64,000 bases of DNA from the human T2T-CHM13v2.0 reference genome, Homo sapiens (GCF_009914755.1 NC_060928.1); one strand, 5' to 3'; positions 50,122-62,129 are shown, counted from the stretch's first letter. The notes: generated by a model from the letters alone, not told the origin. A program made the numbers and translations.

Positions 50122-52329
50122 CAGCAAGTGAGCAGAGAGCCAGGGTTTGCACTTGGAGCTGTCCACATCCTGGGTGCCTCCCCAATGCCCGTGAGAGATA
50201 GGCAGGGTTGGGGAGGTGCCAGGGAGACAGGTACTGCAGGGGAGTCCAGGACCTGTGGCTGGGGCCCTCTTGTCTTGGCCCAGGTCCTGACCCAGCCAAC
50301 CTGCAACTCCCACCTCACCCTGGGGCTCAGGGAGGCCAAGCTAAGGCTGCGTCATCCAGAAGGAGCTATTCTGAGAGATTATACCTGCTCCTGGAAATGA
50401 TGTTAGTGCCACAAGAAGTAAGGAAATGGCTCAGGAGGAGGGGCCGCCGCCCTCGGGTTTTCAGAACCAGCCTGTGGGTGGGGAGAGAGGGCTTGTCACC
50501 CACACGGCGTCTTCGAGGGAGAATAATTCCCAGGGCAAGTGCTCTCTGTGGAAGGCCTTTCCTCACCCTGGACCCAGCCGGGCCAGAGGCCTCTTGGGTC
50601 TTCTTTGTGCTCTTGGGACAGGGGGAGAGCTGGCCTGTCCGGGTGGGGCACGTCACTGTGAGGAGTACCTCAGCCTCTACAGGAAGAGGCATCCAAGTCA
50701 GGCGTGAGGCGTGTGCATCTGTGTACACATGCATGTGGTATGGACGTGCACTGGCTGCACTGAGGTCCACAGGCGTGCTCTTCTTGATCTCCATGCAAAC
50801 ACCACCTCCTCCAGGAAGCCCACAAGACCTCTCCTCTAGGCCCCTCCATCTCTGCCCTCTACATTGTCCCCGTAGGGCCTTAGCACCTTGTACCAGACCA
50901 TGTGGTCCCGGAGTGCAGGCCGGATCGGAAGGACTCTGTGTCTGCCTGGGGGAGGCCTGGCTCTGCGGCATGGATGCTGGAGATGCTCTGCAGCTGCCAG
51001 TGAAGTGGCAGCTCCTACAGATCAGGGAGCTCCGTGGGAACGCATGCGCCTCCTACAGATCGGGGGGCTCTGGGAGGTGATGGCCCAGGACCCAAACTCA
51101 AGATCGCGCCAGCGATCCCTGGTGGCCCTGGGTGGCCTGGGTGTGTCCTCCTGACAGGTGTATCATGGCTCCAGGAGAACTCTGCAGAGCAACAGCCTTC
51201 GACTCAAGGTTCCAGATCCTTCTCCAGCCAGATTGGCAGCGAGGAATTTTCCACGAGTGATCCCTCTTACCCACCGCCCACCTTCTGCTTGGTTACTCAT
51301 TCTAATCATTCCTCTCCTCGCTTATCTATCAACAAAGTGGCTTCTGAAGCCATTGGCACCGCGGTCCCACTCGGCTCCCTCCCCTCCACACCCACAGTCT
51401 TAGCAGCAGCAGAGTCCTTCAGGCCCTCGGCCAGTGCCACCTCCCAGCCACGGCCCTGGTGAGCCTCCGTGTTTCTCTGTAGCCTGGGATGAGGTTCCTC
51501 ATGCTCTCCCTGCCCCTTGCCTCCCACGCCTTCTCCACACCAGCAGCTAAAGAGTTGGTTCCACAGTGCGCCCCTGATGGGTGACTGCCCCCTCAACGTC
51601 CTTCTCTGGCTCCCCATTGTCCCCGGATGAAGCACCGACCCCTGGATGGGGCATGAGGAAGGCTGGACGCTCGGCTCCTCAGCTGCAGGACCAGCCACTC
51701 CTGAGCTGCGGAAACTGCTCCGTGTTCCTTTGCTGAGCAAAACTCAAGAAGTTCTGGGTAAACGTGCTGCTCTGTGATGATTGGTGCCACCACTAGGGAC
51801 TTTGTTGAGTTCCAAACCCAGCTGGAGCCAGTCCCCTCCGGGCCCAGATCACGGATGCTCAGACACCCTCCTGCCTTCCCGTCCCACCCTCCATCCACCC
51901 ACACAGGAAAAGCAGGAAGCAGCCAATCAAATAGGTGCATGGCGAGGGGGCAGCTGCGGGCCAAGCTGGAGTACCAGCACTGGTGGCCGTTTCCTTTCCT
52001 CCTGTTCCCTGCTGTAGTAAATGCTCTCCTTCCCTTAAATAGATCCTCCTCACACCTCCGCCCTGCCCTGCCACACCCGCCCCCACCGACCCCGTGGCTT
52101 TATGGTGGCTGTTGATCAAAATGTCCCTCCCACCTGGCACAACGTAAACATGTGACCTGCATCTGTGGGGTCGCTTGCAGGGGACGCAGGCATCCATCCG
52201 AGGCCAGGCCAGGTGAGGGCCCAGTCGCCACGTGCAGTCCAGCTGCAGGGCAAGGGGTGCACTGAGGTCAGGGTGTGCACCGGGGGGCGGCCATGTTTCT
52301 ATAGTGGGGAGAGGGAGTCTGTGTGCTGG

Positions 52330-52625
52330 AGGCAAGAGAGAGGCCAGCTCCTGAGATGAGCACAGCAGAGAGGAGAGGGAGGGAGAGAGATGAGGAGAGG
52401 GAGGGAGAGAGATGGGGAGAGGGCAGGGGTGAGGGAGAGAGAAAGACAAAAGAGAGAGGGAGAGGGAGGAGAGGGAGGAGAGAGAGGGAGGGGACAGAGA
52501 CAGACAGACATGGAGAGAGAGAAGAGGGAAGGAGGGAAGAGAAAGAGAGGGAGAGTAGGGGAGAGAGGAAGGAGGGGAGAAAGGAAGGAGGGGAGAGAGG
52601 AAGCGGGGAGAGACAGAGGGAGACA
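52330..52625. repeat. GA-rich low-complexity polypurine tract
   Basis: ~290 nt dominated by G and A. Confidence 0.9.
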
Positions 52626-53329
52626 GCTGGCTATAGCTGCACCAGAGACCACCCGACCCTCGGCCCAGCCTTCCCCTTTCCGGTGACAGGTGTCTGTGTG
52701 AAGTTCCAGGAGCCGCCTCCCTGTGTCCCTTTGTATCTAAACAAGGACTTACCAGGATGAGGTGGAGGTGACAGGGCGCTGTAGTGCTTCCGAATGGACA
52801 GGGTGTGGAGTCAGGGTGTGTAGTCAGCAAAACACAAAAGTCACAGACATTTGCCCCTGAACTAGCGCCAGGGTGCCCCCATGAGGCCCCAGACACAAGC
52901 ATCTGAGGATGGCACCTGCAGCCCGAGACCTGCCTGGGGAGCAGCAGGCGGCCCTAGAGTGGGAGACTGTCAAAACCAGAGGGACAAAGCAAGAAGTGGG
53001 CCTCCTGGGCCTCCTGGGGACCGGACTGGCCAGAGCCTGGCTGGCAGGCTCCACACCTGGAGGGGACCTGGCCCCACCAGGAGCCACCAGGCCAGACACT
53101 ATCACATCTACCTGTCCACCGACTTTCCTGGTGGGACCGTGCAGGAACAGGGATCTCACAGCCAGGGACACTGAGCAAGACCCCAACTTATCCCAAACCT
53201 GCAGCTTCCAACACTCTCAGAAGAGACGTTACACCAAACACAGGCTGAGCTGGAAGACACCTGCTACAGAGACTCATCTCCTGTCACTCTGCTGGCACCG
53301 CAGCAGTAGTTATGGGGGTGCCAGCTCCA

Positions 53330-53520
53330 AATCAGCCTCCAGATCAAACCCAGCTCTGTGGCCTTGGGCCTTGGGCCTTGGGCAGCTCAGCCTCTCTGCG
53401 CCTTGTTTTTTCACATGCAAAAGGAGGCGATAATCACTGAGAACAGCAGTGTCTGCCCGCTGCACCTGTTGGGGTTCTGAGTACCCCCGTGTGCATGCTG
53501 CCTGTTTAACCCTCACCACT
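53330..53520 (+). mobile_element. MIR
   Basis: ccttgggcagctcagcctctctgcgccttgttttttcacatgcaaaagg. Confidence 0.6.
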
Positions 53521-54189
53521 ACCCTCCAAGGAAGTCGCTGTTGCTGTTCCCCTTTCCAGACGAGGAAACCACGGTTCGGAATGGCTCCGTACCTCCCTCC
53601 TATGCTGCTGTGAGACTTGAAAGAACATTGCAACGTGCAGAGCCCGGCTCCCAGCGGGCCCACAGCTGCTGCTGCTGTTTTCACAATGGCCCGGTATGGC
53701 CTCAGGGTGAGAAGAGCCTGGCCGTTTTGGAGGAGGGAGTGCAGGCAGGCAGGGCCAGTCACCCTCGTCCAGGCTGCCTAGCATGGAACTGGCCTGGAAA
53801 TGGGGGCTTGGGACTCCCACCCTGGGTGCCCCCAGCCCTCCAGGTGACCCGACAGCGGTGGGCACTGCCCTGAGGGCATCTCCTGGGCAGCACCGTTTCC
53901 CCCAACCTCCCTGAGCCCCTTGCTGCTGAGCGACAGCCGCCTCCCCACGGCTCCAGCACGCTTTGCTTTGATGGTGTTGCCTTAAAAATAACCAGGCTTT
54001 GACATCTGGAAGCAGGCAGCTGATGAGTCCCCTCTTCTGGGCGTTCTTATTTTAAGAGCATATTAATGTCTACGCCCCCATCTCAGCTCTAACTTTGCTG
54101 AGCTCTAACTTTCTCTCCATTTTCACCAGCCTGTGTCAGTGAGTGGGTTCCAGCCCTCCCACCACCACACGTGCCCCATCCCGGGCCAC

Positions 54190-54640
54190 TGACCCCGCCC
54201 ACCTCATAACCCCACCCCTGCGGTATAGCTTTGATCCCTGCTGACCACGCCCACCTCTTAACCCCACCTCCCACAGTTTTGCTTTGATCCCCATTGACCC
54301 CGCCCCCTCCCAGGCTCCGCCTCCTGAGGTGTTGCTTTGATCCCTGCTGACCACGCCCCCTCCCAGGCTCTGCCTCCTGATGTTGCCTTGATCCCTGCTG
54401 ACCATGCTCCCTCCCGCAGTGTTGCTTTGATCTCTGCTGACCACGCCTCCCCCCAGGCTCTGCCTCCTGTGGTGTTGCTTTGAACCCTGCTGACCATGCC
54501 CCCTACCAAGCTCCATCTCCCCAGGTGTTGCTTTGATCCCTACTGACCATGCCCCCTCCCACAGTGTTGCTTTGATCTCTGCTGGCCACACTCCCCCAGG
54601 CCCTGCCACAGTGTTGCTTTGATCCCTGCTGATCCCACCC
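54190..54640. repeat. 39-53-bp minisatellite, 9 units, TCF/LEF-type site in 8 of 9
   Basis: Core gtgttgctttgatccctgctgaccacgcccc. Anchors at 54228, 54281, 54334, 54385, 54424, 54477, 54530, 54569, 54616. Confidence 0.95.
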
Positions 54641-54999
54641 ACCTCGTGGCCCTTCCGGGGTGGTGCCCCTCTGTTCTGCATTCCTGTGACTCGCCCCCAT
54701 TGTAACCATGGCCCAGCGTTACTTGCATCACCCTTTCTGTGGCACCTCCCATTACGCCTAGTGCCCATCCCAGACCTCAGCACAATGCCTCCTCCACCAC
54801 TATATCCAGGCTCCACCAGGGAAGGCCCATGTGGTCCTCTTGGTTCTACAGTCTTGAGGGGGCATGGATAAGGATGGAGAGGCAGGCCTTCCCAGCATGG
54901 GGACAGGGCTCCAGTCAGTGACAGATCAGTTACCCGGAACTTTTTAGTGACCAACGGAGGAAGTGTGGTCAAGGACAGTGCCTGTGGGCCCAAACTCCC

Positions 55000-55176
55000 A
55001 CCCAGGATGGGGAAAGACGTGAGGTAGTGTCCCCCACATTAAGCCTGGGGTTGGAAGGGGCACGGGGCAGCACGCACCCCCCACATTAAGCCCAGAGTAG
55101 GGAGGGGCATGGGGCAGCATCCCCCACATTAAGCCTGCGGTAGGTAGGGGCACGAGGCAACATCCCTGACATTAAT
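55000..55176. repeat. 43-47-bp tandem repeat, ~4 units
   Basis: cccccacattaagcc...aggggcacggggcagca; ACATTAA at 55036, 55083, 55126, 55169. Confidence 0.9.
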
Positions 55177-55485
55177 GGCTAGAGAGGCCTGGGCTCATGA
55201 CTGGGCCCTGGAGTCGGGTGCCTGGGGTCAGCTGCTGGCTCAGGACAAGTTACCAAGCCACCAGCCACCCTCCTTATCTATAAAACAGGGGCCACCATGC
55301 TGCTTCCCTCTCCAGCATGTGCAGTTCATCGTTGTCACGACACTCACCTCCTTCCTTGGGAGGGGAGTATACATTTTCTTTCCTGTGAAACATATGCGAG
55401 GCTATGTGGGCTTCCTGGAGATGAAGTGCCGGATCAGAGGGGCTGGATGTTGTCATAGTCTAGGTTCCCTTGAGAACAGAACCTG

Positions 55486-55980
55486 GTGTGTCAGCTTCCT
55501 ACTATGTAACAAGCCACCATGAATGAAGTGGCTCAGAACCACACACACTCACTGCCTCCCTGTTTTACCAGGTTCTCTGCATAGGGGTCTCCCCAGGCTG
55601 CAGACAGGTGCTGGCCAGGCTGCATTTTCATCAGAGGCTCAACTGGGGAAGAATCAGCTTCCCAACTTCTCAGGTTGTTGCAGAATCTGCTCCTCACAGC
55701 TGTAAGTCTGGAGGTTCCAGCTGCTCGTTGGCTCCTGGAGGCCTCCTGCAGTTGCTGTCACTGGACCTCCCTAGCAAGGCCATGGAGGCTGTCAAGCCAG
55801 AGAGGAGGGTCCCTATGGCATGTGATAGACAGATGGCATCTCATGGGATGGCACGTGGCCATGGATACTGCCATCTGCTTTGCCATCCTCTATCAGTGGT
55901 GAGCTGCAGGTCTCACCCACACTCATGGGTACGGACAGCAGGAGACAGGGTCATGGGAGCCACCCTAAGTCTGCCTCCTG
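55486..55980 (-). mobile_element. MLT1E/F-like LTR
   Basis: aggtgctggccaggctgcattttcatcagaggctcaactggggaagaatcagcttccc...caggttgttg..gaatc. Confidence 0.75.
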
Positions 55981-57499
55981 TGCCAAGGCCACATTTCCCT
56001 GCCAGAGCTTTAGGTGAGTGCAGTCCCAAGGCAGCAAGAGTGAGGGACAGAGGGAAGAGGGGACAGAAAGCAAGTGAAGGGGCAGGTTGACAAGCTGGTC
56101 TGGCTCTCTGCCTGGTCATGCAGGACTTCTTGGCTAGTCCATGAGGGAGGAGGGCAAAGAACCCCTTGTCTTCTGCCTCCTGTTGCACAAAGTTCATCTG
56201 AGGGGGATGGGGGTAAGTCCCTGCACCGTGAGGTTGTACCGCCAGCCTCTCACACAGCTGCAGTTTCCATGTCTGCTGTGGCAGAGAGCCTCCCTGGGTC
56301 CCACTGGCCAGGCAATAGTGTGGAGTTCACAGTTTCCCCCTCGCAGGTTCAGGGGTCCAGGCATGTCCTGGGTGCACCTGGCAGCCAGCAGTATCCAAGG
56401 GTGAGTTCATGGCTGTGCCTGATACAAGTGTCATCAATTTCAGTTCCTCACACCATAGATGTCCCCTCCTCATGACTGCAGGTGGTGCCTTGCCAGGGCC
56501 TCTAGGAGGGCAGCCTACATGGCCACCACCACACCAGCCCAGCCACCTCCCTTGTTCTGGGGAGGGTTCCTTGTGCAGCACCTCTCATGTCAGGGCCACA
56601 GGGCAGCGTGGAGTCCCTGTTAGCTCAGCACCAAGTGAGGGCCTGCTTGTGGTGAGGCCTAGTTCCTGCCTGTTAACAAGGAGAGGCAGGAAAAAGTGTC
56701 CTGGGAGTCCTTGCCCTAAGATGATCCACGCTCTGGGTTGAGTTCAGGTGGTGCCTGGGGAGGTGACTAAACAGAAGAGCCCAGCAGGCAGAGCAAATGG
56801 GAGTCTTGGGCCTGGGCAAAGGTCAGGGCTAGAAATGAAGATAGGGCAGTTAGGGGAGCCAGGGGTGGTGGTGAGTCCCCAGGGGAGAATGGGCACTGTG
56901 AGAGGAGATGAGAGCCCAGGGAGAGATACCTGTGTGAGAGACAGGAGGAAGAAGAGGCAGAGAGAAGGGTGGAGAGAGACCAATGGACCTGTGGCCAAGG
57001 GAAGTGAGACCCTGAAGGTGGTGCTCGCCCCTGGCCAGGGAAGAGGATCTGAGAAGGGACTGATGTTGGCCCATCTCTTGGGGCAAGTGGAGTGGACATT
57101 TGCCCTTTCTCTTAGGAAAGTCACATAGTTTTTTATATTTATTGTAGAGTCTCAACCTCCATGTGCCTCTTGGCAGGAGGAAGGGCCTGTCTCCATCAGA
57201 GTAGATAAACCAGGTAGCCTCCATCCTGAGACTTCAAATCGGGAGCAAGAAATATGGATAGGGTAGGGTGGCAGGGAGAAGGAGCTATGAATTCTGACAG
57301 CATTAGCAGTTACAAAAACACTGAATTCCTTAGAAGGGGCAGTGACATTAATGGTGGTGGCCATAGCAGCAAGATGCAGGCCCAGAGCTGTAGCTGCCAC
57401 ATCCAATGCCCTCCAGAACATCTCTGCAGTGCAAGATTGAGTATTATTCCCAGCTGCTCAGGTCTGAACCCAGCTTCCCCTTCTGGAAAATCTTTGGAT

Positions 57500-58160
57500 G
57501 ACTCAAGAGTCATCATCATAATTCCTCTTCCGTTTAGAATCCAACTTGGTTTCTGTTGCTTTCAGGTCAAAACTCTGACCACTAATGGAATTTGGTACCA
57601 GAAGAGTAGGAGTAACAAACTCTAAAATGTGGAACTGGTGAAAAGCAGAAAAACTGATCTTCCATTTGACTGAATTGTCACCTATTTAAGCCTGGGCTGC
57701 ATACGACATGTCTGCTGAAGCTGTAGCTCTCAGGGAAACGAGGGTGGTTTCAAGGGGCTGTGAGTTGGCTGCTTCTAATGGCTTGCAGAAGGGCTTACAG
57801 AAAGGTGAGTGGCTTGTCTAGAAATGGCCCACATATGAGCAAAGGAGAAGACAAGAGACTCAGGAGCAGCAGCAGCTATGAATGGATTGAAAACCAAATC
57901 TGTTTTCCCAAGCCTCTGTCAAGCATCCTCTGCTAAATATAGAGACAATCCAGTTGGCAAAAATCAGGCTACAGGGAGCAGAGGGGCCAGTGGGCCCACG
58001 CCTAGGAGGCTGGCATGCCTACAGTCAAAGGTTATGTCTGGTCCAGATCTTTGGCTGAGGTCATTATCCCATGACATTGACTGGACACAGCAATCTAGAT
58101 GTCTGCTGAGCTTTTAAAGCAACTGCATTGGCAAAGAAACCCTGTACGTGACTGGCATCC
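57500..58160 (+). mobile_element. Old MLT1 LTR 3' end plus MLT1-internal sequence
   Basis: ttggtttctgttgcttt, then gaatttggtaccagaag...taacaaactctaaaatgtggaa (MaLR internal start). Confidence 0.55.
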
Positions 58161-58203
58161 GTCTGCAGATGCTCAGCTCTTTAGTGCCGGGCTGAGGCAC
58201 TGA

Positions 58204-58645
58204 CAGGGCTGGGACGAGGGTGGAGCCAATAGGGGTTCACCTGGGCACAAATGTAAGGGGCCTCCAAGCACTCATCCCAAGAGGAACCATTTATTCATGT
58301 CACATCTTAAAAATCAAAATTAATGAAAAATATACGATGAACAAAATATCATGGTTTCAAACAACGAGGACCAGACAAATCAGGGACTGGGGTGAGGTTA
58401 GCGAGGGGAGCCGTGCTATGCAGGACCAGGGACTGGGGTGGGGTGAGCAAGGGGAGCCGTGCTATGCAGGACCAGATCTCATCTTTAGAAGGTTAGTATT
58501 TCCTTCATCACAGATTTTCTTTTGCATTTGGTTTTTCATAATTCTGCATCAAAATATTTAATTTGATCATTGAGGTTTTTTGGTACCCCTTAAGTTCTGT
58601 GCCTGAGGCCAGGGACTGCCTCACTTAACCCTTGTCCTGGTGGGC
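58204..58645. mobile_element. MER96B-like palindromic hAT-Tip100 element
   Basis: cagggctgggacgagggtg...aaaaatcaaaattaatgaaaaa..gatgaacaaaatatca, with a mirrored right arm ending gcctcacttaacccttgtcctgg. Confidence 0.8.
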
Positions 58646-59154
58646 ATCAGAAGGAAGCAGCCAGGCAAGCTGTACCATGCCAGGGAAGGGCGGTCTCCAC
58701 GCTGCTGCCTCAGAAGGTCCTGCAGCAGTGACGGTGGAGGAAAACCCCTCAGTCCAGCCCACAGCAAGTGAGGAGCACGCTATGGGCTTCTACACAGAAG
58801 CACACAGGGAGAGGACTCTTCCATGGGATATGGTCATGTGTGCACAGGCCCCCAGGATGGTGACAGCCCCTTGCAGCCACAAAGGCAGCCTGGCAGACAC
58901 GGAGGATAGTGGAGCAGAGAGAGGGAAAGGGCCCCATCCTCCATGGCCTTTCTGAGCTGCTGAACTAGCCGGGACCACCTGCCCTGAGACTCAGCTGGCG
59001 ACCTGGTTTTGAGGACAGTGGTGGTGGCCTCATCATTTGCACTGGAGTCCTCTGGAGGATGCGAGGCAGGGACAGCGCTCTCCTGGAATGGCCATTTCCT
59101 GACACGCTGGGAGCTGCCTTCATTTCTTCCACTTTTTCCAAGAATATTCCTCAG

Positions 59155-59436
59155 AGCTGGGCTTGGTGGCTCTCGCCTGTAATCCCAGCACTTTGGGAGG
59201 CCAAGGTGGGTGGAAGACTTGAGCTCAGGAGTTTGAGACCCGCCTGGCCAATATGGAAAGACTCCGTCTCTACAAAAATTAGCTGGGCATGGTGGCGTGG
59301 GAGGCTGAGATGGGAGGATCACTTGAGCCCAGGAGATCAAGGCTGCAGTAAGCCATGATCGCTCCACTGCACTCCAGCCTGGACGACAGAGGAGATCTTG
59401 TCTCAAAAAAGGAAAAAAACAAAAGAGAGAGAGAGA
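59155..59436 (+). mobile_element. AluJ with internal deletion
   Basis: gatcacttgagcccaggagatcaaggctgcagt; TSD atattcctcag at 59144-59154 and 59441-59451. Confidence 0.95.
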
Positions 59437-59569
59437 CAGCATATTCCTCAGGCTTATGAATGTGCATAGCAATGGTTCAGGAGGCTGCAGGTGTCGGTTC
59501 AGAACAGCAGACTTTTACTGAGCACCACTGGGCTCTGGGCCACATAGGGTAATGGCCATAAAGTCAACA

Positions 59570-61090
59570 GGACGAGCTTTTCCCTGGGGAGGTTTCAGGG
59601 TGTTCTTGGTTGTCCCAGTGGTGGGATTTCACCTGGTAATTAGCATCCAGCGAAGCTGGGTGTCCCATAATGCATGGACAAACCCCCACAGGAAAGCCGC
59701 ATTCCGCATTCTGCAAAGCTTCTCAAATACTGTGGGGCTTCTGAAGGGCATTTTTGTCAGAAAAGAAAAAAACAATTTAAAAAATATAAAATAAAATACA
59801 AATACCATGGGGCATTATTGTGCATGAAAATCCTATCAGTGGCTATCTAAACCTAGATCCTCACTTCACTATACAAACAAACAGTGAGGATTTTTATAGT
59901 TTTGAAATAAGCTGGATTTTCTAGGAATGCAACTGTGATAATGTGAAATATAGCTTTAGTCTTTACCCCTGCTTCCTGTCACACAGCTCCTAAAGCCCTT
60001 GAGTCTCTGGAGTGGTGAGAGTGTCTTGTGTGTGCTCATGAGATGGCTGGGGGCTGGGAGCCCCTAGGCAGCTTCAGGACGGGGCTGGTCACCCAGAGAC
60101 GCCAAGGCGTGATTAGAAGGTTAGGACTTTAAGCCCCACTCCCTGACTTCTGGGGAGGGGAGAGGGAGGAGGAGCTGAAACTTGAGTTGACCGCCAACGG
60201 CCAATGAGGTAATCAATCAGGCCTACATAATGAAGCTTCCATAAACCCCCACAAGGACTGGGTTGGGGGAACTTCTGGAAAGCTGGAGACATGGAGGTGC
60301 CTGAAGGGAGGGCATGGAAGCTCTGTAGCTCTCCCCCCGCCTCACGCTATGCATCTCTTCATCTCTATCCTTCGCAGTATCCTTTATCATAAACCAGTAA
60401 ACATCAGTGAAGTGTTTCCCTGGGTTCTGTGAGCTGCTCCAGTGAATTAATCAAACCCAAGGTGGGGACTCACAAGAACCCCAACTTACAGTCAGCTGGT
60501 CAGAAGCACAGGCCACACCTGGACTTGCGCTCAGAATCTGAAGTTGGGGCTGTCTTGTGGGACTGAGCCCTCACTGTGGGACCTGACTTTAGGTAGACAG
60601 CATCAGAATTGAATTGAATTGGAGGACACCCGGCTGGTGTCCACTGCAGAATTGCTTGATGTCACCCCCACACATCTGGCATCAGAAGTGTTACATTGAG
60701 TGGTGTGTGAGAATAGGAGAAATGCTTTGTTTTGTTTTTTCCCTCGTTATATCTATTAGCAATTCACATGTAAATTGAGGAAAGATAGAACCTGCTTATT
60801 TGGACACTTCATGAAAATCGTGTCACCTGGCCTGTGCTTGGCACTTGCATCTCAGATGCACCATGCCTGCACCATCTGCACCACTGGTTCTGCCAGTGTC
60901 TGCACACTGGCATATAGAGTTTAAAAAAATCGCAACTCACTTCCATTTTTCCTTTGTATTGTAGTTAGAATATTATATCGCCTTTTAAAGTGTATTTGTG
61001 TGATAGGTTAAATCATTTACTTCATTTCAGGATTACAATCTAGTATAGAAGTAAGAAACGTATAAAAATAATGTTTAAATCAAATCAATG
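59570..61090 (+). mobile_element. MER20B-like hAT-Charlie split by MER21B
   Basis: ttggttgtcccagtgg...ctatctaaacctaga...ttttctaggaatgcaac | gcaattcacatgtaaattgaggaaagat...gaaaatcgtgtcacc. Confidence 0.7.
59934..60758 (+). mobile_element. MER21B-like LTR
   Basis: tgtgataatgtgaaatata...gcccctaggcagcttcagga.gggctggtcacc...cagaattgaattgaattggaggacacc; TSD gcaac/gcaat. Confidence 0.9.
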
Positions 61091-61109
61091 ATTATAACAT
61101 TCAATAAAG

Positions 61110-61300
61110 TACCATTTCCTGAGTATCTATTGTATGCCAAAGACTGTGGCAGGCACCCACGCATCCTCTAGATCTTGTAAAAGTCCCAGGAATAGGAGGG
61201 ATACCATTCCTCTTCAACAAGTGAGGAGACCAAGCCTCACAGAGCACACACTGGCTGCGGGGAAGCGAAGATCCATGATTGGGTAGGCTGGACCTCAACA
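61110..61300 (-). mobile_element. MIR
   Basis: accatttcctgagtatctattgtatgcca...caagtgaggagaccaagcctca. Confidence 0.55.
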
Positions 61301-62129
61301 CTGGCTCTTTTTCCCCTGGAAGTTTGACCCTCCAAACACATTTACATGTGATACAACAAAGATGTATCTACCCAGTGCAGAAATCAGACAGGAGGATGGT
61401 TTAATTAGGATTTCTCTGAGCAAACATCCCTCCTCAATGACCTGTATGGTTTGTTGAGTAAGAACACCTGACCGTTAGGTTGTCACTGAAGCAGAAGCGG
61501 TAATACATCTTCCTGTGGGAAGTCCCACCACTAAGGCTCGCCAGGGTCCTAAAATCTTACAGCCCTTGCGAATAGAGTTTCCTTTTGGATGTTTTACCTC
61601 TTCTCCCTGAACAGCTCTACCAATATTTCCAGCCAAATTAAATGCCCTCCAACTCTCTCCTGCTGCATTCTTCCCTAGGAGATGTGGACAGTCAATGTGT
61701 TGGCCCCTCCAGACCCTTCTTCAGATAAACCTGTGCCCATGGGAGGCTGCAGTACCTCCCATTTTCCTGGGCCAGCTCTTTGAGACAAACATTGTTTTCC
61801 ACAAAAGAATCCTATCCCTTTAATTTTTTTTTATATTGTACATTTCTTATGTCAATTTGATCATCATAATAAAATCATTTGGGGACAACTGACAATAACG
61901 AGAGTAGAAAAACTTCGGGAGTAATGAATCATCCTGAAATTGACTGTGGCAATACTTTGCTATTTTTCCTCAAATAGTATTTGTCTTGTAAAAATAAATT
62001 GTCTTAGTTTGAAAGGAAGGAATACACACAAAACTACCTTTATGATTGGGACATGTCAAAAGAGCCCCTGGAGACGTAAGTGAGCAAGAAACCACCTCAG
62101 AAACACACAACTGGTTCTTTTTGTTCTAG

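Noticed and set aside
51012-51075. Two-copy micro tandem duplication (others at ~5075-5115 and 47125-47167)
   Set aside because: Ordinary slippage duplications with no further structure.
50208-51080. 290-aa ORF, and similar 200-285-aa ORFs at 18802, 19858, 38112 and 44715
   Set aside because: No recognisable homology, GC-driven amino-acid composition, overlapping ORFs in several frames, and often overlap with transposons.
51859-52902. 347-aa Ser/Leu/Pro-rich minus-strand ORF
   Set aside because: It is produced by the CT-rich complement of the polypurine tract.
54136-54993. 285-aa repetitive minus-strand ORF (SRDQSN/GIKAT repeats)
   Set aside because: It is a translation of the minisatellite with frames alternating between units.
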